From an uncultured archaeon (GTDB lineage: Archaea > Asgardarchaeota > Jordiarchaeia > Jordiarchaeales > Jordiarchaeaceae): a DNA stretch of 6,700 nt. The stretch lies in NCBI GenBank assembly GCA_964510585.1, contig CAZECW010000129.1, forward strand, positions 1 to 6,700. The letters are read 5' to 3'. The notes beneath the pieces were generated by a model, which was not told the DNA's origin, did not search any database, and saw only the letters and a list, made by a program, of their open reading frames with translations. A program made the translations under genes and the position numbers. Below are positions 1-6,607 of this stretch, in pieces (the first letter of the stretch is position 1; every line of letters begins with the position of its first letter).

Positions 1-150
1 GTGGTTTATTGTGATCCTTTTGTTGGGCTTGTTTTCAAGTTCTGGGTCTTGTTGCTTTTTGCACACGAAAATCTAGTTCGCTTGCGTCGATTTAAGGAGT
101 GCGGTGGCCCAAAACATATACTTTCCGTTTACGGTAAAAAATGTAAAATA

Positions 151-157
151 GGGAGGT
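151..157 (+). promoter_or_regulatory. Shine-Dalgarno site of the thiolase gene
   Basis: GGGAGGT ends 9 nt before ATG 167. Confidence 0.7.
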
Positions 158-166
158 TAGGGAAAA

Positions 167-1360
167 ATGAGGAAGGTCGCAGTTGTTGGAGTAGGAATGA
201 CAAAGTTTGGAGCCCTTTACGATCAAGACGTGAAGGAATTGACGGAGGAGGCAGTATGGAACGCTCTTCAAGACGGAGGTGTTGACCCAAAGGATATACA
301 GATAGCATATTGCGGTAATGCGGTACCAGGTGTGGTGAGTAGACAGGCAGGCATCATTGGCCAGATAGGTTTGATGAGTGTTGGAATAACGGGGATACCC
401 ATCACAACGGTTTCCAACGCTTGCTCCAGCAGCACTTGCGCCTTTAGAGAAACATACTTTGCTATAGCCACTGGCCTTTACGATGTGGGCCTTGCATTCG
501 GAGTCGAAAAAACAGTAATGAGGAAAGAAGAAGCAACTATGGCTACATTAGCCATAGGCTCCAAATTCCTAAGCTTGGGGGCAGATGGAGAGCTGGAAAA
601 CATATACGGTATATCCTTTCCGGGATTTTTTGCTAACGCGGCTCAGAGGCATATGCACCTTTACGGGACCACCCGAGAGCAGATGGCTAAAGTAGCTGTG
701 AAGAATCATCATAACGCCACTATGAATCCCTACGCCCAATTCCAAAAGGAGATCACAATTGAAGATGTATTCAAATCCCGCATGGTTGCTTATCCTCTAA
801 CTGTCTATGACTGCTGTCCATTGTCGGATGGAGCCTCAGCTGCAATTTTAGTGAGTGAAGAACTGGCAAGGAAGTACACCGACACACCTATATGGATTAA
901 AGGCACCGGTCAGGCCTCCGGGGTATATTCCAATACTGAGGAGGATTTGACTAGGTTTTTACCAACTATTAGGGCAAGCAGAGAAGCCTATAAGCAAGCT
1001 AAGATAGAGCCTAAGGACATCGATTTTGCCGAGGTTCACGACTGCTTCACTATTTCTGAAATCATTCACTACGAGGATCTCGGGTGGTGTAAAAAGGGAG
1101 AAGGTGGAAAAATGATAGAAGAGGGAATAACAGAGCTTGGAGGAAAACTACCTGTGAACCCTGGAGGAGGACTAAAGGCGCGGGGGCATCCAGTGGCAGC
1201 CACAGGGACAGCTCAGATAGCAGAGTTGGTCTGGCAACTGCGTGGCGAAGCTGGAAAACGCCAAGTGGATGGTGCCGAAATTGGACTAGCACATACTCTA
1301 GGTGGGCTAACTCACGCAGACGTTGCAGTAAGTGCGGTGGTAATTCTTGGAAGGGAATAA
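167..1360 (+). CDS. Thiolase family protein (acetyl-CoA C-acyltransferase, SCP2-thiolase type-1-like / archaeal type)
   Basis: 397 aa. N-terminal VAVVGVGMTKFG, nucleophile motif NAC86SS, GVEK, DCCPLSDGASAAIL, H291DCF, VNPGGGLKARGH341PVAATG. No C-terminal CxG (HTLGG instead). Good RBS. Confidence 0.93.
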   Translation: MRKVAVVGVGMTKFGALYDQDVKELTEEAVWNALQDGGVDPKDIQIAYCGNAVPGVVSRQAGIIGQIGLMSVGITGIPITTVSNACSSSTCAFRETYFAIATGLYDVGLAFGVEKTVMRKEEATMATLAIGSKFLSLGADGELENIYGISFPGFFANAAQRHMHLYGTTREQMAKVAVKNHHNATMNPYAQFQKEITIEDVFKSRMVAYPLTVYDCCPLSDGASAAILVSEELARKYTDTPIWIKGTGQASGVYSNTEEDLTRFLPTIRASREAYKQAKIEPKDIDFAEVHDCFTISEIIHYEDLGWCKKGEGGKMIEEGITELGGKLPVNPGGGLKARGHPVAATGTAQIAELVWQLRGEAGKRQVDGAEIGLAHTLGGLTHADVAVSAVVILGRE

Positions 1361-1374
1361 AGAACTATTACCCA

Positions 1375-1380
1375 TTTTTT
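1375..1380 (+). terminator. Possible archaeal-type oligo-T terminator after the thiolase
   Basis: T6 run 15 nt after the stop in an AT-rich spacer. Weak evidence on its own. Confidence 0.25.
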
Positions 1381-1424
1381 GAAATTCGGAATTTATTTAC
1401 TAATCAAATTGGGAGAGAGTGGCT

Positions 1425-2459
1425 ATGGTTGAATCTGAAGTTTTTGACAAAATAATGCCTATGGAAGAAGCTGTTAAGAAATTTGTGAGAGATGGAGATT
1501 TATTGAGTATTGCTAGTACTGGTACTCCCTCTCCATATGCGGCAATTCACGAGATTGTCAGGCAAAAGAAAAGAAATTTAACTCTCTTGCAGGCGGGATC
1601 AGGACAAGAGACGGAAATACTTGTGTGGACTGGATGTGCCAAGAGATTTATAGCTTCTTATCAGGCTAGGGTAATGGCAGGTGAGAGGGCCTTTGACCGA
1701 GGATTACGCAAGCACAAAGTTGAGGTAGAAGAATTCACAAATTATACTGTTACAGCTATGCAGATGGCTGGGGCTTTGGGTCTACCCTGTTTTCCCGCAC
1801 CACTTTCCTTAGTGTGTAGTGATATCTACCGCAAAAGAACTTTTATGGGTGAAAATAAAATAGTTGTAATGGATAATCCATTCAAGCCCGGCGAAAAAAT
1901 GGCTCTTTTGCCTTCGATAATTGCAGACGTCTCGGTGGTCCACGTTCAGAGAGTAGACAAGTATGGTAATGCTCAGGCTTGGGGTGGCCTTGCGTCCACC
2001 AAGTGGGGAGCTCTCTGCGGAAGAAAAATCATAGTTTCGGCTGAAGAAATGGTTGAACATGAGGTAGTAAAATTCAGTCCCAACTACACTATTATTCCTA
2101 GTTACAAAACAAGTGCAATCGTAATAGAACCCTGGGGAGCTCATGCTACTGACCTTACGGGTTACTATGATTTGGATATGCCATTCGGAATGCTTTATTA
2201 CATTAGCTCCATTGGTGGAGATGAGAGCTTTCAAGCCTGGTTAGATGAATGGGTGTATGGTGTATCCAACCGTACAGAGTACCTTAAACACTATTCTGAA
2301 AAGTTTGGTCCCAAGGCTCTTGATAGGCTTAGGGTAAAGTATAGGCCGAGTTCTGAGGTGAATTATGGAGGAAGTTACCAGACGTATCGTGAAATGTTAG
2401 GCATAACTGATGAGATGATGGAAAAAAGCCCCGACTTATTTGAAATAGAGGTGGAGTGA
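1425..2459 (+). CDS. gctA: Family I CoA-transferase alpha subunit, glutaconate CoA-transferase A-like (substrate uncertain; ORF track starts at GTG 1419)
   Basis: KIMPMEEAVKKFVRDGD, PYAAIHEIVRQ, EEFTNY..AGALGLP, DNPFKPGEK, HVQRVDKYGN, SAEE, EPWGAH, GYYDLD and WLDEWVYG match the GctA pattern as recalled. GGAG at 1412-1415 is better spaced for ATG 1425 than for GTG 1419. Confidence 0.88.
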   Translation: MVESEVFDKIMPMEEAVKKFVRDGDLLSIASTGTPSPYAAIHEIVRQKKRNLTLLQAGSGQETEILVWTGCAKRFIASYQARVMAGERAFDRGLRKHKVEVEEFTNYTVTAMQMAGALGLPCFPAPLSLVCSDIYRKRTFMGENKIVVMDNPFKPGEKMALLPSIIADVSVVHVQRVDKYGNAQAWGGLASTKWGALCGRKIIVSAEEMVEHEVVKFSPNYTIIPSYKTSAIVIEPWGAHATDLTGYYDLDMPFGMLYYISSIGGDESFQAWLDEWVYGVSNRTEYLKHYSEKFGPKALDRLRVKYRPSSEVNYGGSYQTYREMLGITDEMMEKSPDLFEIEVE

Positions 2460-3292
2460 AGAAGTTGCCAAGAAAAATTAGGTTAACTTTAGATGAGATA
2501 ATGTGTTCTGTCGCTTCGAGGGAGATTAAGGACTGGGATGTCGTTATAGTTGGTCACGGGTATCCCATGCTCGCCGGCTACTTAGCCAAGAAGACTCACG
2601 CACCCCACGCCGTATTGATTACGGAATGCGGTTTAGTGGATCCAGATGTTTACCGTCCCATGCAACACCCAAACGATTTCTGCAGCACAATGGGGGTGTC
2701 CATGTGTACGGATATACCTGACCTATTTGCTTCAAACCTGTTTCGGGGATATGTTGATGTTGGTTTCCTATCGGCTGCTGAGGTTGACAAGTACGGAAAT
2801 ATAAACACCTCCTATATTGGAGGAAAGCACTTTGCAGGTAGCGGAGGAGCGAATGAAATTGCGGGTTATGCCAAAAGGACAATCATTATGCTGAGACATG
2901 GAAAATTCGTTGAAGAATGTGAGTATATCACTACTCCAGGATACCTTGAGGGTTACGATTCACGTTACAAAGCGGGATTGCCGGAAGGAACCGGCCCCTC
3001 AATCTTGGTGAGCACTAAGGGAGTTTTCCGTTTTGATGAGAAGACGAAGGAGATGTATTTGGAATCTTACTATCCGGGAGTAACTGTGGAGGAGATCCAA
3101 AAGGAAATTCCTTGGAGACTTAAGATATCTCCTAATTTGAAGCAGACTGCACCACCCACAGATGAGGAACTACGCATAATGAGGGAGTTTGCTCCAACTA
3201 TATCTCTCGGACGGTCCTTCTATGTGCAAATCATGATGAACTATATGCAAAAATTTATGCAGGATGCTCAAAAGGCAAAACTAGAGACCTGA
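2456..3292 (+). CDS. gctB: Family I CoA-transferase beta subunit, glutaconate CoA-transferase B-like (catalytic subunit)
   Basis: ITE57CG aligns with the catalytic Glu motif (GctB VE54SG). Also AEVDKYGNIN, FAGSGGANEI, YITTPG, GP.ILVSTKGVFRFDEKTKEMYL..YYPG. GTGA overlap with the alpha-subunit stop. TTG 2465 is an alternative start better spaced from GAGGTGGAG (2448-2456). Confidence 0.9.
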   Translation: MKKLPRKIRLTLDEIMCSVASREIKDWDVVIVGHGYPMLAGYLAKKTHAPHAVLITECGLVDPDVYRPMQHPNDFCSTMGVSMCTDIPDLFASNLFRGYVDVGFLSAAEVDKYGNINTSYIGGKHFAGSGGANEIAGYAKRTIIMLRHGKFVEECEYITTPGYLEGYDSRYKAGLPEGTGPSILVSTKGVFRFDEKTKEMYLESYYPGVTVEEIQKEIPWRLKISPNLKQTAPPTDEELRIMREFAPTISLGRSFYVQIMMNYMQKFMQDAQKAKLET

Positions 3293-3320
3293 AGGATAGG
3301 GAATTGGGGGCTAAAGTTTA

Positions 3321-5033
3321 TTGAGGAGTGAAGACTGGGCAGACTTATACGGTGATGGCATACTCAAGCCGTGGTATGAAATGGTAAACAAAAGCCCTTG
3401 GGTGGAAGACAATAGAAGATGGCTAAAAGTTTTACCCAAAAATTTTCCTAAAACCTTAAATTATCCAGAAGTTCCCCTGTTTGAAATTTGTGACCAAGCA
3501 GCTTTAAGGTTCCGTAACAATGTTTCTGTTTGCATGATACTTCAAGACCTAAAATACACTTATCTAGAGATGAAGTATTATAGTGACCAACTTGCCTCAG
3601 CTTTACGTGACCGTTTCAACATTGGAAAGGAAGTTTCCGTAGCAATTGATACATGGAATAGCCCCGAATTCGTTTTCAGCCTATTTGGGGTAAACAAAAC
3701 TGGAGCTTCATGCACCCTAATAAACCCTCTATTAACAAAAGAGGACATCGAATACACCATTAACGACGCGGAAATAGTTGACACAATAATTGTGGATAGC
3801 AAAGTTTACCCTAAGGTCAGAGACATAAAGAAGCTCAAAAATTTCATCATAGCAGGCCGAGAAGAAATACCAGGAACAATCAACTTCTGGAAATTAATAA
3901 AGTCCTATAAGCCTAAGCCACCCAAGGTAGAAATCGAACCCAAAGAAGATATAGCGGCCCTAATATATACTGGAGGAACTACAGGTAGACCTAAGGGTGT
4001 TATGCTAACCCACTATAATTTAGTTGCAAACACCCTACAGTGCGCTTATACTGGACAACATCCCCTACAGGCGCGATCAATGTTCGGGAAGGGAGTAACA
4101 TTAATAATACTTCCCATATGCCATATTTCCGGATACGTGATGCTACTTAATGCTGTTTATGAGGGCTCCATGCTGGTAATGGAAAACACGTTTGACCCCA
4201 AACATATTTGCGAAGCCATACAATGGTACAGGGTAACAAGATTTCCAGTTGTTCCCACAATACTAGTTCTATTAATAAATTTCAAGGAAATATCCAACTA
4301 TGACCTCAGCTCCCTCACCCTTGTGGGATCCGGAGCTATGGCTTTGGCCCCCGAAGTAGCCAACAGATTCGAGGAAATAACCGGTTTAAAGGTAGTTCAA
4401 GGAATGGGGCTCACAGAGTGCTGCGCAGCCGTACTTTCGAACCCTATTTGGTCACCCTCTCTCATAAAACTTGGAAGTGTAGGAATACCAATCTTGGATA
4501 CTGATGTCAAAATCGTTGACCCCATTACAATGGAGGAGCTTTCCGTGGGCCAAGAAGGAGAACTCTGGGTTAAAGGACCGCAATTGATGAAGGGATACTG
4601 GAAAAATCCCAAAGCCACAGAGGAGGCAGTTAAAAATGGCTGGATGCGAACCGGGGATTTAGCAACGATGGATGAGGAAGGCTACATCTATCTTTCTGGA
4701 AGGCTTAAAGACATCATAAAATATAAGGGTTACAAGCTTTTCCCAGACGAAATAGAAGCCAAAATGTACGAGCACCCCGCCGTAAAGGAGTGCGCAGTGC
4801 TTGGGGTACCAAATGAAGTCTCAGGTGAGGAAATCAAAGCCTTCATAGTCCTTAAAGATGGATACCAAGGAAAAATAACCGAAAAGGAAATTATTGATTG
4901 GGCCAAAGATAAACTGGGCCCAATAAAGTATCCCAGAGTGATAGAGTTTAGGCAAAATTTACCAAAAACCCTATCGGGTAAGGTCTTAAGAAGAAAACTA
5001 AGAGAAGAAGAAATGCAAAGGATAGAAAAATAA
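3321..5033 (+). CDS. Acyl-CoA ligase (long-chain-fatty-acid--CoA ligase-like, ANL adenylate-forming family)
   Basis: 570 aa. AMP-binding YTGGTTGRPKG (3966-3998), GMGLTE, GELWVKGPQLMKGYW, RTGD, GRLKDII, PKTLSGKVLRR with the catalytic Lys. The TTG start is uncertain; ATG 3381 is an alternative. Confidence 0.93.
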   Translation: MRSEDWADLYGDGILKPWYEMVNKSPWVEDNRRWLKVLPKNFPKTLNYPEVPLFEICDQAALRFRNNVSVCMILQDLKYTYLEMKYYSDQLASALRDRFNIGKEVSVAIDTWNSPEFVFSLFGVNKTGASCTLINPLLTKEDIEYTINDAEIVDTIIVDSKVYPKVRDIKKLKNFIIAGREEIPGTINFWKLIKSYKPKPPKVEIEPKEDIAALIYTGGTTGRPKGVMLTHYNLVANTLQCAYTGQHPLQARSMFGKGVTLIILPICHISGYVMLLNAVYEGSMLVMENTFDPKHICEAIQWYRVTRFPVVPTILVLLINFKEISNYDLSSLTLVGSGAMALAPEVANRFEEITGLKVVQGMGLTECCAAVLSNPIWSPSLIKLGSVGIPILDTDVKIVDPITMEELSVGQEGELWVKGPQLMKGYWKNPKATEEAVKNGWMRTGDLATMDEEGYIYLSGRLKDIIKYKGYKLFPDEIEAKMYEHPAVKECAVLGVPNEVSGEEIKAFIVLKDGYQGKITEKEIIDWAKDKLGPIKYPRVIEFRQNLPKTLSGKVLRRKLREEEMQRIEK

Positions 5034-5040
5034 AAAAGTG

Positions 5041-5062
5041 AATGTAGTTTTTAAAACTCATT
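5041..5062. promoter_or_regulatory. Imperfect inverted repeat (terminator or operator candidate) between the ligase and the flavoprotein gene
   Basis: AATG-t-AGTTTT-t-AAAACT-CATT, followed by the palindrome AAAAGCTTTT (5066-5075). Confidence 0.3.
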
Positions 5063-5107
5063 AAAAAAAGCTTTTCATGTACGATAAAAATTATTAAATT
5101 TTGAAAA

Positions 5108-5115
5108 GGAGGGAG
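5108..5115 (+). promoter_or_regulatory. Shine-Dalgarno site of the flavoprotein gene
   Basis: GGAGGGAG; GGAGG ends 7 nt before ATG 5120. Confidence 0.7.
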
Positions 5116-5119
5116 TAAA

Positions 5120-6133
5120 ATGATTAAAACGCAACTAACAGAAATGTTAGGAATAAAGCACCCAATAATACAAGCGCCTATGGGGCCTTTTTATACAACC
5201 AAGCTTGCGGCAGCAGTAACAAATGCTGGAGCACTCGGAATAATATCACATACTAACCTCTTCGGCAAGGACCCCGTGAAAGAGATGGAAGAAAACGTCA
5301 AATGGGTCGCAGAAAATAGTGAAGGACCCTTCGGAGTAAACATCAGAGTTGCGAGACTACAAATTGACGCCCCAGAACTAATCAAACTGGTAATACGACT
5401 AAGAAAAGAAAATCCTGAGCTTAGAGAACGACTAAAGGTAGTAATAACCTCTGCTGGAAACCCTAGACCACCGGCCACCGAATTTAAAGCACACGATCCT
5501 GAACTAATACATTTCCATGTGGCTCCAACCCTTTATCACGCCCTGAAAGTGGACTCACTGTGCGATGGTATAATAGCCACAGGCTATGAGGGAGGAGGGC
5601 ATCAGAGCTATGAGGGAGTAAACACTTCGGTTCTTGTTCCTGAGGTTGTTGAGAAATGTAAGAAGCCAGTTGTAGCTTGTGGAGGGTTCTTTAATGGGAG
5701 AGGGCTCGCCGCTGCCTTGGCTATGGGTGCGGTAGGTATTCAGATGGGTACCCGCTTCATAGCAACTAAGGAGTGCGAATTTCACCAGAATTATAAGGAG
5801 TTCATTGTGAGGTCAAAAGATGCGGATACCATTGTTACTCAGGGAATGCTAGGACCTATTAGGCTACTTAAGAATAAGTACACAGAGGAGCATCACTATA
5901 TTTTGACCAAGGAAGAAAAGATTGAGTTAGAGCGGAAACTGGATTTGGAGAAGCTTATCGAGGATCAGAAGAAATATGAACTGGTGTATCAGGGGGAGAT
6001 TGAGAGGGGGCCGGTACTTTGCGGACAATCATGTGGTGGAGTTAATGATATTCCAACAGTAAAGGAAGTTATTGAGAGGACAGTCAAGGAAGCAGAAGAA
6101 ATACTTAAGGGAATAGGGAGACTTGTAGTTTGA
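5120..6133 (+). CDS. Nitronate monooxygenase / FabK-like FMN-dependent oxidoreductase (probable enoyl-thioester reductase or desaturase)
   Basis: 337 aa TIM-barrel flavoprotein signature: LTEMLGIKHPIIQAPMG, AVTNAGALGII, PFGVN, YEGGGH161, PVVACGGF..GRGLAAALAMGAVGIQMGTRFIATKEC, GQSCG.V..IPTVKEVI. Confidence 0.9.
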   Translation: MIKTQLTEMLGIKHPIIQAPMGPFYTTKLAAAVTNAGALGIISHTNLFGKDPVKEMEENVKWVAENSEGPFGVNIRVARLQIDAPELIKLVIRLRKENPELRERLKVVITSAGNPRPPATEFKAHDPELIHFHVAPTLYHALKVDSLCDGIIATGYEGGGHQSYEGVNTSVLVPEVVEKCKKPVVACGGFFNGRGLAAALAMGAVGIQMGTRFIATKECEFHQNYKEFIVRSKDADTIVTQGMLGPIRLLKNKYTEEHHYILTKEEKIELERKLDLEKLIEDQKKYELVYQGEIERGPVLCGQSCGGVNDIPTVKEVIERTVKEAEEILKGIGRLVV

Positions 6134-6172
6134 TGACTTCGCATTAGGTTTTCTAACTCAATTTCTTAACCC

Positions 6173-6210
6173 AAATACCACATCCTCTGTGAATTTTTTG
6201 GTATTTTTTT
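6173..6210 (+). terminator. Putative terminator of the cluster (hairpin plus T tracts)
   Basis: AAATACCA (6173-6180) pairs with TGGTATTT (6199-6206), running into T7 (6204-6210). An additional T6 lies at 6194-6199. Starts 40 nt after the last stop. Confidence 0.5.
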
Positions 6211-6420
6211 ATTCTTACCAGTTTCTGCTTCTTTTCTTGCGGGGATTTTGAGGCTTCACAGAAATTTTTTGATAAAAGTAAGTTCAGCATTCCCAGTATG
6301 GACTTAATTCCGCAAAATGGAAAAAATAAACCAAGGGTGCAGAAAGAAGGTTTTAAGACCTATTCTTCTTATAATTGTAACGAGTCTATATTTCTGAAAT
6401 TTGCCAAGGGCGTAAAAAGT

Positions 6421-6607
6421 CTTTGGTGCACAATGATGTTAGGGGGCTCTTCCAACCCTAACGGAGCATTATCCGAAACTACTGCAACACGCTTCCCAGA
6501 TCTCACCGCATTCCCCTAACCTTCCCAGTAACACCAAGTGTTTCTAAGGGGACTGTCGAAGGCGCGGTTTCTCCTCTGCTTTCAACTCCCGTTTTTTAGG
6601 GTGTTAC
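6421..6607 (-). ncRNA. Candidate structured non-coding RNA / mobile-element end downstream of the minus-strand ORF
   Basis: About 50% GC against about 34% in the adjacent spacer. Nested helices 6528-6535/6600-6607, 6544-6547/6596-6599, 6549-6552/6587-6590 and 6555-6560/6581-6586. A second stem 6438-6445/6513-6520. No family recognised; folded by eye only. Confidence 0.3.

Noticed and set aside
1-76. Possible edge gene fragments (minus: GTG 66 MCKKQQDPELENKPNKRITINH; plus: WFIVILLLGLFSSSGSCCFLHTKI*)
   Set aside because: Both are short and mutually antisense, with no RBS or motif to choose between them.
1-285. 94-aa + strand ORF from the track
   Set aside because: Overlaps the thiolase out of frame and spans its RBS; no recognisable motif.
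1382-1394. AAATTC-G-GAATTT inverted repeat, and ATTTC-T-GAAAT at 6390-6400, as a shared operator
   Set aside because: Short, AT-rich and not the same sequence; expected by chance.
1953-2800. VDKYGN present in both transferase subunits
   Set aside because: Reflects the known shared fold of family I alpha and beta subunits; the codons differ, so it is not a recent repeat.
1425-3292. Calling the pair IpdAB
   Set aside because: The beta subunit has the canonical catalytic Glu and the alpha subunit lacks the IpdA MDEG motif; the sequence is Gct-like.
268-5785. Minus-strand ORFs at 268-471, 1062-1292, 1809-2234, 2619-2882, 3578-3802, 4397-4618, 5191-5478 and 5555-5785
   Set aside because: All lie wholly antisense to well-supported genes and lack motifs; shadow ORFs.
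5120-6133. Literal nitroalkane-detoxifying function
   Set aside because: The family label is broad; the acyl-CoA context favours an enoyl-thioester redox role.
6153-6290. 45-aa Lys-rich minus-strand ORF (MLNLLLSKNF...)
   Set aside because: Explained by antisense reading of T tracts; no RBS.
6298-6519. 73-aa + strand ORF from the track
   Set aside because: No RBS or motif, and it crosses the GC boundary at about 6420.
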